NCBI GenBank assembly: GCA_036172245.1
Contig: JAYWIR010000063.1
Location: forward strand, 434,001 to 498,000
Length of the DNA: 64,000 bases
Source of the DNA: Raillietiella orientalis
Taxonomy: Eukaryota
Reading direction: 5' to 3'
Shown here: piece by piece, positions 51,501 to 64,000 of the stretch
How positions within the stretch are numbered: position 1 is the first letter of the stretch
Layout of the letters: each line of letters begins with the position of its first letter
Notes under the pieces: model-generated
Databases searched by the model: none
Told to the model about the DNA's origin: nothing
The model's input: only the letters and a program-made list of their open reading frames with translations
Program-made: the position numbers and the translations under genes

Positions 51501-53049
51501 TTCTCACTCTCCATTTTGCCTCTTCCTCCGTCGCCCTTCCCATTCACCCTTAATCATCCCGGTGTTGCGTCTTTCTGCTATTTTTCTACTCCGACTTCCC
51601 CTTCCCTCTCTCTTTCATCTTCCCTCTCTGCACGCGTTTCCAACACGGTGCGTTTCCATTCTTCTGTTCGCCTTCCCTCCGCTTCTCTTCCTCATGATGA
51701 GACTGCTTCTTGTCTGCGCATGGATACCGGATGAGGAAGATGCATAGGAACGTGTGCATATTCCCACGAACAATGAACCCGTGCACTGCATTTTCTACTC
51801 TTTGGAAAGACGTCCGCATAAATTTGCGTCACTGTCTGCGATCAAGGGGAACGCGCATTTCTACGACAACAGCATACTGGAAGGTCAATTTCCGCCTCAC
51901 CAGAAGAGATCAAGAAGAGCAGCCGCTGACAGGCTGCAGGCACTTGACTCTGCGTATCCCAATTGGGATTACGTCCCATATCCTACTCCTGACCGTTTCT
52001 GGATTTACCATTGTGGCTCTTCAATTGACACGCAAACGCCCGTAATGCTGATTCCCAGCCATGGAAGCCCCCTGAAGCCTCCAATTTCCTTTGCACATGT
52101 CCTTTCGAGTTCGGAGGTGATGGATTCGCTACCGTTGAAGGATTTTCTTCGGAGCGAACCAAAGTTTCTTCTGGAACGACGTCCTCATTTTGACGGGGAA
52201 ATGGGAACGTGCAGATCCCGTGAAAGACGGATTCCATGCGTTCCCCCTCTTTGGTGTGCCAATGCACCTTTGCGCATCCGTCTAAGTGTTCATTTCTTTG
52301 CGACTCCGAAATTGAAATTTTCCATGACCTCGAATGCTTTGCCCCGGAAGACTCCATTTCGTCGTTGTCATCACAAACCGTCCAAATGGGAATCCACCTT
52401 CAGGACATCTCACGATTCCGCCCATCGCATTGGAACACTTTATAGGACTCTTCACGACTCGCATGCTGCGAAACACCGATCCGCGAATTCAGGAATCATT
52501 CACGAGCCATCCAATGACCACATGGATGATTTTCTTTGCTCGGATTGGAATCTTGTATTTCTATGTGCTAACACTTACGAGGATGCATCCTGTTTACAGT
52601 ACTTCTTGCGTGAGAATCACGGATACGTTTGCAAGTGAGCAAATGCAGCAAAAAGCGCACATTCGTCTTCAGAATGCATACAGTCCTACTTGTATGTGTT
52701 TCTCAAGAGATCATTCGAGAAATGCATTTCCAGGTGCACATTTGTGAGTAATGTTTCAGCAGAATCTGAATCGTGCATTTCATGTTCCCTTTTTGCAAGG
52801 TGTTGATACGTACTGAAGAGGGATTGATGCAGAGCCTCATGAAGTTTTCTCGGGCAGTGCCTCTTTGTTTCCAAGAATCACAGCTTCTTAAATGGACCAT
52901 CATCCGAAGCGTATACTCAATTCAGCACTGCTCTGAAAACACCATTTTACCCAATTCTCTCCCTCGGGTGTAATCATGCAAGCAAGACGAATTCCTGGCT
53001 GCCGCAATTACAAAGCTCGGTTTTTGCGATGTCCTATTTTTAATGCGGG

Positions 53050-56000
53050 GTCGATGGGGCTCGCGATCGTTTCCTGCAACAAGTCCACTGTATAAAGCAG
53101 ACTCAGGAGATGCTTAGAAGTGAACCGTGTGAAGGGAAGCACTCGGGTAGGAGAAAAAGTGTTGGCGTCCGAATCGCACACTTTTGTACGTCTCAGTCGC
53201 AGACTTGCTGCGACTTGGGCACACCACCCCGAGGCAGCCAGCCTTCTAGCTTTTCGTTGCGAAGCAGACGATGACCAGGCGAGAAAGGTTCGTATGCTGC
53301 ACTCAGTTTTATGTTCTCTTTTGAAATGAAATGCAGTCCATCCTTTATGGGATCGCGTTCAAATCTTCTGCTGTTCACCCGCTGTTCACCCGATGACTGG
53401 AACGAATTCTGTTTTTGATGTACATAAATCTTTCCATGTACTTCGCAACTGTTCAATGCAACTCGAGGAAACAGCTGAATCGATAACCTGATGATATACG
53501 CACCACTTCGGATTGATCTGAATGAGTCAACCAGAAAGGAGAGCCGAGTGGGCGCCAGAGAGCTGCGATCACCACCCCAAACGCCCAGCCGCTGCCACTG
53601 AAGACGCCCCTTGTCCCGCTTCTTGCAGTTTCTTTCTGCCTTAAAAAAGGCAGGCTACTTCCCACTTTGCTGGTTGAGCGGCACCGCTTGAGATGAGGGA
53701 GAGCAGCTCTGCAACAAGTGGTGTAAACGAGGTCCGCAGCAGCTTGCGTGGGCTGCGCATCCCATCTCCTGTGGCGGCTGTCGACAGCGCCTCTTTTTCC
53801 GGAGCCAGGCGTACTCCGACCCGCTACAGCCGTAAATCTTTCCGCACACCGGAACAGCTTCGTGGATCCTGGCAGTGCAGTTGGCCAAGATTAGGGAGAT
53901 CCAGGTGTTCTCTTGCATCAAAGGAACCATTTGCTGCAGCTGATGGCCGCATGGCCTCAGGCTAATCTCGTTCGTCACGGGAATCGACGAGAGTACTTTG
54001 CACGAGGGCGCTCTTCCAGCGAGACACTTCTTACTGTGCTCACCAAGGCGTGTTCCATAACTTCACCACAAGGACAAGCTCTCTGAACTCTAGCTGAAGC
54101 TCCAATCTCTCCAGCGTAAGGAGGCTGTGTACACCATTCCAGCGCGCAACACACAATTCTACAAATGGAACACAGGACCTCTCTGTGCACCCAGTAGAAA
54201 TCCCGTGAAGGAGTCTTTAGCGCGCTTTTTGTTGCCTACTTCGCACTGAGTAGAGCAAATTGTCAGTGCTAACGACTGAGATGTGGAGCGGTGGCTGCTC
54301 AAGCAGTCCCGGTCGTTCATTTTCGCCAACCGTGGAAAGCTGGCTGATGCGTAGGAGTCAGGTGCTTGGCCCGTCTCCCGATCCTTAGCGCCAGCCCGTG
54401 TGAGCGAGTTCTGCTGCAAAGAGTCGCAAATTCTGCGGCGAGCTCGTGCGCGGGGGAGGAAATTTTGCTTCTACACCCTCCAATGGCCGCTGCATTCGTT
54501 TGATCGGGAAGGGTAGCGCCAGCCGGCTAGAAGCCTCGTCCACCATCCGCGTACGCATGGCTGCCTCCAGCGGCCCTGTAGCTCATTCCTGATCGAGAGG
54601 CGCACTTGCTCACAGTGCGGCCTTACCACGCGACCTGCGTGACTCGTCGCACAACAGAATTGACAGTCAGGGTTCTGGAAGGCCTGCTGCACCGTCTGCC
54701 AGGGTTGTTGTCTCGCCGGAGTCGTGCAGCATCGGGCTGCCCTCCAGAAACTGCAAAGCTCTTGCAAAAAGCTCCCCTGACACGCTTCTTTTTCGCAGAA
54801 CCGGTAAGAGATGAGAAGGATGCCACCGGGAAGGAATCATTGTGGTCGATCTCAATCCGTTACCGTGTCGATGGAGCAGCCCATCTGGTAGGTTCGCAGT
54901 TCCTCTTACCTTTCCGATGGCTGATCCAGACTCCGGACATGCTCCGTGTCTTCTTTTCCGCAGTAGCTTAAAGAAACTCGATGCCGTTATGATCTCACGA
55001 GTTGGCTTTGTTTGTTCTGGTCATCTCATTCCCAAACAGAGGTTGGCACCGGGGTATGCTTGGTCGAAAGAGTCGGACCATTCACGCTTCTCTGCCAGCG
55101 GATTAGTGACGTGCACCTGCACACATATTTTATTGGCTCAGACTTAAAAAGCGCTTCGTGTGAATGCAGACAAATCAGAAGGGATTTTCCCTACCGTGTG
55201 GTGTCATTCCGGAGTGCGTTGGTCGCAATCAAGGATCACCTCAACCCCTCCAGAAAGTCAACCTTGTTCTGATAGTGTACACAGTAGAAGGGAGCGTCGT
55301 CGCTCGTTATGATGAGGTTCATTGCGCGATTCCCTTACCATTTCCAATATCCTCATTCTTCATCCTGAGGACATCAAGAACTCGAAACAACCCAACAGTC
55401 AAGGTACCCATAAACAAAGAGCATCAGCCCTCGTTCCCTGGTCACTGGATCGCCGCTGACCCGTCCGTCTGTCCTCGTCGAAGACAGCAAGCGGAATCAT
55501 CCAACTCAGGTGAGGATCGGGAAGACGCATGCGACTCCAAAGATGTATGCAAAATCGCACTTTGCCTCAAAGGATTCCTCCTGATGGTTCGACCTCGCAA
55601 ATGATCTGCATGGAGAGAGAGTGCACCTTCTGCAGGAGCACGAGGTGGGAATTCCGGAGGTGCCCCGCTAGCTTTTACCAATTGGTGCTCTTGCACGCAG
55701 GCCGCTGACGCTCCACGCATTCTCGAGGGTTGTGTTCACGGTGGTTTTACACCCGGGTGCGCCAGGTGTGGATATTTTCCCTTTTTTAAAAAGAAAGCGT
55801 ACCAAAGTGTGGCAGCACGCTCGGTTCTGGCCACGTTCATCGCATGCAAAGCCTGCCGACATGCCGGAACGCAGACCAGACAAATTCACCTCGGCTGCAT
55901 AGGGATAAGGGGCAAGAAAATGAAACAAAAGCAACAAAAAAAATGCAAATAAGAACACCTCTGGATGGATCGGAAAGGGATAGTCAAAGGTGGCCACAGA

Positions 56001-57100
56001 GGCCGATCTTCTCGGTGTGTCTGCAAAGAAGACTTTGGCTTGCACGCCTTTCCACGTGGGGTGGTAGGTCGCACAGCCGCTGGAGGAACAGTAGCCAGGG
56101 ACTCATCTTAGGAGGAGGCAAGGCTGCGGTCGAACACGATTCCTTGTGCGTTCCGTCAGATACTCGTACGCTTCCCAACTCTTCCTCACTGGAAACCATT
56201 TTCCCCATAGGAGCCTTGGGGTGCCCTCCCCGGTCCGGTCCAAGCGATTTTGTCGCGCTGAAGTACTTCATTTCGGAGTCGCGCGAGGTTATTTGATGCT
56301 CCAGAGCCCGTGGGGACCTTTTCGATGGGATGTTTCTCCCTTCGGCAGAGCCAGCTCCCAAAAGTCGCGTGCAAGGAGAAATATATCAGTAGTGTCGTTA
56401 TTTGGTTTCCTGCCTAGCCATCGTCTTGGTCGTTTCTGCTCGCATTGCACGCAGTTCACTTTCCTCCTTTGTCCCCTTCGCGGTACCATTTTCTTCGTAT
56501 GCAATGCTCTTTCTGGAAGGCTTCTGTCTTTCGGACTTTGGTGCGTCATTTTCTTCAGGCAGTTCGCTTCCCGAAGTCTGTTTGGCTCCTAGGTAAGCCG
56601 GAAGCATCCGCTGCATCTTCCGATTCCTTAGGCGATGTGAGGGCGAGTCCCTTTTTTGTGCCCGCGTTCTTTTTACGGGAAGTTGTGGCTGTACGTGTGG
56701 ACCCTTTTCTCTTGCAAGAGTTTGCCTGCAAATGCCAGATTATCGCAGCTTGACCGCAGCGAGTACGACTGATGTTCGTTTCCCGTGACCTTGCAGAATG
56801 TACAACATTAGGCCTGACCACCTACCACATCTCTTTGATTTCGTCGTTGATGCCTAGTTCTTGTGAGATGAACGACCTATTGGCTGCACGCGTACGCGTT
56901 TCTTCCAGCCCGCTGAATGTGGTGAAAGGCTGTTATAGCACCTGTTTCGCGCCAAATAGCATAAACAGCACCACACTTTGATAGTCCGCATTCTTGTGCA
57001 CATCGACAGCAAACCCCTCTTGGATGGATCCACACGGATTCGTCCTTAGGGATAGGATAGGTCACATCTCACCTGTCCACACACATTGGCTTCTTTAGTA
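53050..57100 (-). mobile_element. Long degenerate LINE (ORF1 knuckle remnants, RT, zf-RVT)
   Basis: In order on the minus strand: CTFCKVTG..RCGQAAIIWH (~56730-56805), KNEDIGNGKGIA (NWRPI-like, ~55340), DSFDQAY (~55060), HAYADG (YADD-like, ~54545-54560), LDLPNL (~53890), CPSRSKSATET (~53190-53225). Confidence 0.55.
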
Positions 57101-57199
57101 GGCGGTGGACCGACACTACATTTGCACTGCATAGCTCTCCCCAGCTGCCGCTTGCAGGCGTTACCAGCACTCGTCGAGCGCACTCGGAAACGTTGAAAT

Positions 57200-59600
57200 C
57201 CCTGAAGGAACGAAATGGAAAAGGATTTTGATATCAGATCTACTTGTATTTAAGGGCAACTGCTGCACCCATGGACAAAAGAAGTCCTGGTCAGCAAGCT
57301 TATGTTTTTCTCCCTGCTCGTTGGAGCAACCACTGCCTCCGGAAAGGTCTCCGATTCGACTTTTGCCACAGGGAATTCGCCAGGCCCAACTTTTGAAATT
57401 TGCAGGAGAGTCAATTCACGTTCAAGGGTCATCCGGAATGTGAAAGCTCTCTTCGCCATCCAGGTCTCACTTGGAATAAAAAGCCGTTGCTCACCCTGTG
57501 GGATCAGCCGAACAACATGCGCACAGGGAGAGCGAAACCCACCCTCGCCGCTTTGGCACAACCTGGTGAAAAGGCGTTCTTTGTAGAGCACGACCCAACA
57601 TTCCCAACCACCAGAGCGAATCCCTTTGCCCGAGAATGTGGAGTCCGCCGGTTCGCGCGCTGTGCGACTGTGAGCTGCTTCCACACCTACCGTCATTCGG
57701 AAGAACCACTACCCCACCGGCTGAAGGTCTTCCTCTTAGCGCAGGCAGGGCTGTGAGGAGCTTTTGCCTAAGTTATGGAGGAAAAAAATGAAACACGAGA
57801 GGCTGGTTGTCATCGAGAAGAATCATCAATCCATCGACGTAAATTCCGATATCACTTCGGTCTGCGCAGCACTTGGTCTGCTCCTGTTGAAAGGAGAAGA
57901 CCTGGCTCAGCAAGAGCTAGAAGTACGAAGGACTCCTTTGAACGTAAGGCCTTACAGTACAATGACTTGCTGGTTACACAGTGTGCTTTGAAGAACACTG
58001 CGATGTCTTTGAAAGAAACTGCATGAGGGCACACCGGAAGCGTATCTCAATGCGTGGTGATTCCCTTCTTTTTCCGCAACCTCATTGCAGCGAGGCAAAT
58101 CTGCTAGAGGAGTTCCCAAACAGTGAGATCTTCGAAATCCAGGTGATGCACCACGGAATAGCTGGAAAACATATGTTCTCTCTACGTAAGGCAGAAATCC
58201 TCTCGTTCGTTGATCACCTTCTATTTGGGGGTGCTTTGGATGAGTTGCTGCTTTCACGGAACGTGTGAGAGCAGTGCTGCTCCCACGCCACGCAAAGATA
58301 AACGTTGACCAACTACGCGAAAGAATGCAGCTGTGGACCGGAAACATTGGCGAGAATTCTCTCCAACGAGGAACAAACACATCTTAGAAAATGCGATTGG
58401 CATCTGTGAAGATGACACCGGTTTTCTTTTCCAGCACTTGCGTCCAGGTTTAAGCAATTCGTGATAACTGCATGATAACCTAATTACGTAGCCGGAAACA
58501 CTTGTACGACGGCGGAATCTTCATTTATTCTCAAGAAAGAGCGCTCACCTCGCAGTTCACCCTTCCAGTTTACGTGGCGTCTTGTTGCTGCATCGGAGTC
58601 TCCAGTAGGCATCTGTAGGCAATGCACAAGAAATCAAGCGAAATGATTCTTCCGAGGATGCACATGGTGAGAGTCTTTTGTATTCCTTACTCTTCAGTCA
58701 GGCGGACGGGAAAAGCCCTCCTGGCCACTCTTCAGAGGAACGAGCGCATGGGAGCGCAGCTTCGGCTGGTCGACTGGTTGTCCTTCTCCTTCCCTCCTGA
58801 ACGACACAATGAGGGCAAATCCATGCTCCTCGGCCTGCATCTTGGGATGCTTGCGCAGTCGGAGGCTCCTACTTTCAGGGTTGCCAAGCGCGATCGCGAC
58901 AGGTGACAGCTCGCTCCTTATTTGCGGATTAGGACTCCAAACCGCTTCTCGAAACGCGGCACGCGCGTTGCCACTACTCAGAGGTAGCACCGTGAGATGC
59001 GGGCTGAGCTCATCTTTGTTCCTCCTTTGCATCACCATGAGCTAGAAGTGTGTTTAAAGGCGTTTCTTGTTGAACTCTGTGGCTAATGCGGAAGGTGCGC
59101 TTGCGGGACCAATGCTGAAGAAGGTAAGCCATCCCGAGCAGCAGACTCATAGCCAAGCAGTCCGATGCTCGGGATGCCTTACCGGTGAAACGCAAAACTT
59201 CGGAAGGTTTCTGAGATGAAGGTGCATCTCGGGATGGGGTCGTAGGAGTCTTGGAAGTGCAGGGACGCAAAAGTGGACGTCTTAGCGGGAATCCTTGCAT
59301 TGCTAAAGTGCAACCGCTGCGCTGCAATGCCGACAAAGACTCTTCGTCACCGTCGAAGACTCCCACGCGCATGGGGAATCGAGGTGAGTGCATGGCAATG
59401 GGGTTCTTTTGCTACCCCGAATCGTGGATCCTTCCATGGTTCAAGCACCATGTTGGAAGACTTCGCAAGGGAATAAATCACGCGTTTCAGCTGCTTCTGC
59501 AGGCCGTAGTTCTCTTGGCAATCAGCATGTCTGCCGCAAACAGTCTGAGGCTCCGCGAGAGCTGGGATCACTTTAAATTTCGGAAGTTCACTGGAAACTG
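57200..59600 (+). mobile_element. Degenerate LINE ORF2 (endonuclease end to RT)
   Basis: RHPGLTWN (~57455), MGAQLRLVDWL (~58750), FRVAKRD-RQ(G)D..APYL (RQG motif, ~58875-58925), VHLG (~59225). Confidence 0.5.
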
Positions 59601-60799
59601 TTCACTGGAAATCTTCGAAATTCCAAGTGCACAGGGGACGTCTCTGGATGCTTGCAGGCTAGGATGGGGACCCGATGCGTGGAAAACAGAACGTGACGAA
59701 CGATGCTCGGTCGATGTCACGGTAAGAAGACAATACGCTCTGAGAAATGTCATATCGGTTTTCTCAGACTGACAACAGGTTCCAGAAGTATATAACCGTC
59801 TTCTTAATCGGAAGTCCCTGTGATGCTTATTGCATATTCTCACCTGAAGGAGGGTAAGAGACCGTGCTTTGCCTCCATTTCGGCATCTAAGACTGGACGT
59901 TGCTTTGTTCCTTCTGCATTGATATATTTCCTCACAAATACGACATGCAATTCAAATGGGGACTTCTGTCCTGCATCTGGATGCGATTTTCATCACAGGA
60001 TGAACGCGCAACTCGGTGCTTTCCATCTTCCGCATTTTGAAAGGCATGAAAGCATGTCGATGATCAACGATGCTGTCTTTTCGTGATTTTTATATCACCT
60101 TTGATAAACTTGCAAGGCAATGGAGCCTCGCAACGATTATCAACCTGATTGCGTGGTTCGGGGTGGCGAACTGCACATTACGATTTTTCCCGATCTCAAC
60201 ACAGTTTCAGAGACGCAAATGCCAAAGTCCAAATCCAAACTTCTCATGAGAATCATCCATTGCGTTCACAGAATTCACTGCATGAAAGCACCCAAACCAC
60301 CATTCATAGAGAGCCTTCTCTTTCAAAGAGCATGTTTTTTATTTTAACCAAAACTTTATTTATTACAGTTTCGACGTAACGTTGAACCGTATCCTATCAA
60401 TACCAACTCCGTTCACTGTAACGTGCAATTTTCATACGAATTCCTCATGCTGGCTGGAATTCACGCCAGGTATTTACACGAAGGACGAAGGCGTATAATA
60501 CGCTCCCGAAGAATACCATGCAAGCAACTGATAATGCGAGGAAGACTTATCATTTTTTGCTTTGTAGTGAAGAAATAAACAGTTTATCGTTCTCATTTAT
60601 TCTCATTTCCTAAAATAGAGGAACCATCAAAGACGCCCATCAATGCGCAGAGCTTTCAAACGTGAGACCACCAGGTCCGTGTCTTTCGTTTCGTATCCTC
60701 ACGAACAGCAGTGCACATATTAAATCCAGGTCGCAAGCTCGGTGCATGCGAGTCAAAGGTCATCTGACTTGTTCGTGCACAGAAATCAGTACTGTTACT

Positions 60800-61600
60800 G
60801 AAAGCTATGCAGATGGGCTTAGCTGATGGCTCCCTACGAGGATATTTCTCGGCAGAAGCACAGCGTGTTGCTCGATCAATGGGGAGCGAACTCGCAGCTT
60901 CGCCGTTGGAAAGCACATGCGGCGATGGGTGGGTTTCCAGAATCTGCAGCCTGCGGCAAGCAGCCCAATAGCGATGAATGAATGGACGGAAGGGAACGAA
61001 GCTGACCAGCTAGGATAACATCCGCGATGCAGAAGCAGTCACGGCCCTACACTGCTGCCGAGCATCTCCGAAAATACGTGAATTGATACGAGAAACGCGA
61101 ATGTTGCACCTTGAGGCACTTCTATTCGAATGGTGATAATAATCTGCACAGAAAACTTGAGAATAATGGAGTTGCTTTCAAATTCCGTGAGTTTCAGATG
61201 AAGCTAAGATGAGCATGTAGAACCTTCTCCTGCTTTTTTGTATGCAACCTGGAATTGCATCGGCGAAATTATATCGGAATTGCAAGCATTCTTCAGCTTC
61301 TGTATCACTTGAAAACAACCAAAGTTACGTGTCTCTGTGAAGCATTGGCACCTGCCTTCTCAGAATTGCAAACTTGAGATGAACCAGACTAAGCTTCTTT
61401 TTTGAGTTGTACGTGCACTACTCTGAGAAGTGTGCCTCAACAGAAATTTCTGGATTTGCCTCCAGTAATCTCTTCTGTTTCGAGCCAGAGTTGAAGTGAG
61501 CACTCGGGAAATGACGAAAGCTAAGCCAGGCTTCTGCAGCAGTCACCTTAATTCTTGCAATGACATGCTCCCAATTCGAGTTTCTTCTCGAAACTCACGA
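60800..61600 (-). mobile_element. Degenerate LINE RT fragment
   Basis: NSEKAGANAS (DxEKAFD-like, ~61340-61365) followed by frameshifted VTASA-ADV (YADD-like, ~61015-61040). Confidence 0.4.
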
Positions 61601-64000
61601 GCTTTTCTGCAGATCATGCAGGTAAAACATCGCAAGCATGCCTGCTCGAGCTTCCATACTTCCCACAGATGATGCATCCTAGGCGTCTTCACGGTGAATT
61701 GAAAGAATTCTCGCAACGAATGTGTTTCTGGAGGAAGTTGTTGGGGAAAACTTCCGATGGAACACGACGGCTTACTCCCATTCCTTCTTACCAAGTTCTT
61801 GCCAGCTGGGAATTCCAGGGGCTATGGAGACGTTTCGCGTGCCCTGTGTACCCCACTCAGGTGAGCAGAGGCAATCTCTCACCGATTCTCCATTCCGATG
61901 AATTCTCTAAAGTATCTCCAAAAATCTTCCTTGCTCTAATGTCGACTCTGTTGTCTCCGGCCACCTGCACCATAAACAGTCTCGCACCTACTGTCCTCTC
62001 CTTCCCTTGATGATTCAACAGCTGATTGTGACCTTCCAGACAACTATCTCCATCCATCACATTTCTTCAATCTCGCTAATCCAATGCAGGCAAGGTGGAA
62101 ACGAAAGACATCATCAAGTCTCTCTCCACTAATAGAAACCATAAATCTCAAAATTCAACCCATATCGTTTCACCCACCACAGGAAAAATTTTCGCATTTG
62201 TATTCTAAAATGGTCCCACCATCCTCATACCTTAATTCCCAATTGTTGCCATGCAAGTAACTGTAGGATTTATTGAAGCTTACAGCTTTTCTACCCAAAC
62301 CTCTCAACGTACAAAAATGCATTCAACATCAATACACCAACTGTTTGTTTTTCACTCCTGCAACCCGAACCCAGCCCTCATACTTTCTCAGCACCACCGA
62401 TAACCCTTTCACTAATCTTCACATACACAGGAAGACACTCTTCTGCAAAGTCAAAATTTTAGGTAGATTTATCCAGCAGAACAGCAGTCTGAATTTCTGC
62501 ATATCCTTGCAAGAGTAAAAAATGCACTCAAACTTGCAACGTTCAAATCCATTCTGTAAAGGACTCTCTCATTCATTTCTTTCTTTCGAACATTCGTCAA
62601 TGTTGGACCGAGGGTAAAGTAAGAATTCAACTTCTCCAGACACTTGTCCAATAGAATTTCTATGGATGGGATGCAATAGTCTTTGCTCGACAGCTTTAAC
62701 TGCCATGGTAATCCAAAGTATTTCAGTAATTGCTGGCCTTCTTTGTTTTACTCTCCTTTTATTTCGAATGTTTATTTTTTCACTTACCCATATCCACTGT
62801 CTTCTTCTTGAGGTCTCTCTGTGTAACTCACACATCATGGATGTTGAATGACTATTCCTCCTTCGAATTCTATGCTTATGAAAAAGCTGATTTTCAATAT
62901 ATAGGCTAATTACTGAGAAATAATGAGCTGCACCCTTAATATAACAAATACAGAACACATTACCCATTCAAAACGATTACCCTCAGACAAAGTTACAATT
63001 GATTTGAACTCAGGCATACCACTGTTAATGCAATTCATTTCCTCCAATCAAAACACCTCAGATTCTCAGTGCAATGTCTATCAGTCTGCTAAGCACTTTG
63101 AATATTATGCATTTTAATCCTTGCACCATATGATTACCACATGAATCTCAGAGCAGTCAGCTACTGGTCAGTTCACTTAAGGAAACACATCCAAGGACAA
63201 TGAATAGTGACCACAAATATTGACTTCACCATCTTTGCTCTTCTGCAGTATAGGGAAACACCACTCTTCTTTTCACTTTTCGTAGTAGAATGCACACCAA
63301 CGTCAAAGCACATTTCCTGTATTCCATCTACGCTTTCCTAATCGCTTGTATTTTTTTAACAGTCGATTTTAAACTTCCTATCCTTCTCTCCCATCCTTCT
63401 TCCCATTTTCTCACACTCACTCTCTAAACTTATGCCCTCTCACGGAATGTAGGATTTAAATAAAAACTATACACTAGAATGATTCTCCAGAATTCTAATA
63501 CAAAAACTGGTCAAAGGTCTAGTTCCAGACATTCCATGAAATTGATGTCTACACACCTGCTGATGCTAAACAAGTGCACATTCACTCTCAAATCAACAAA
63601 CATTCAATGTGAAATTTTCTCCCTTTTATATTGTATTCAGTGTGTCTTACGGATTGATCTTACTTGTTCATAAGGAATCGTGGTGATACAGTGATTACTG
63701 TGGTAAACGAAGGGGCGCTCTTTTGTCCGTTCGCAGCTGTTATAGCTTAACTAGAAAGCTATTGGTTGGCCAAGGTAAGGCTCATTCCCATGTTCCTTTT
63801 GACCTTAATATTTTGGAAAAATTATTCAATCTTTTCCAAAACGTTTTTTTTTCTTTGTGGCATTGTGTCGGCAGCAAAATTATCAGTGCAGCGCGTGAAT
63901 TGATTCACAATAGTTACTGTCGCATAGCACCCCAGGATCTCAACTCTTAGTTTCGAGCTTCAGTTCCCAATACAAGCAACAACTAGCACTTTCTGTGCTT

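Noticed and set aside
62200..63200. Possible AT-rich RT remnant (SGMPE, similar to SGVPQG)
   Set aside because: One weak motif only; cannot be supported.
1..64000. CRISPR arrays, rRNA, canonical SL1 RNA gene, viral RdRp partner for the N-like ORF
   Set aside because: No repeat-spacer arrays, rRNA or SL1 sequence, or RdRp motifs recognised by eye. A degraded RdRp cannot be excluded without a profile search.

Overview
Eukaryotic, nematode-like genomic DNA: many 42-55 nt introns, splice acceptors just upstream of start codons, a short nematode-type Sti1/Hop and operon-like gene spacing. AT-rich islands carry spliced housekeeping genes: ATP synthase F6 (5' part, absent from the ORF track), SCCPDH, sti-1/Hop with a heat-shock element, a 3' fragment of TFIIH p52, CMTR2, a Sec-containing selenoprotein F (in-frame UGA, SECIS, GC-AG intron) and a non-muscle myosin regulatory light chain. 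These islands alternate with GC-rich blocks (about 18-27, 33-34.5 and 36.7-62 kb) of heavily degenerate L1/Tx1-type non-LTR retrotransposons in both orientations. Two near-identical ~2.2 kb inverted copies of one dead LINE segment (24350-26563 and 41395-43618) enclose 14.8 kb. That interval holds host genes and an intact, intronless 367-aa ORF resembling a negative-strand RNA virus (qinvirus-like) nucleoprotein, a candidate endogenous viral element. All family assignments come from motif recognition by eye, not database searches. Retroelement boundaries are approximate.
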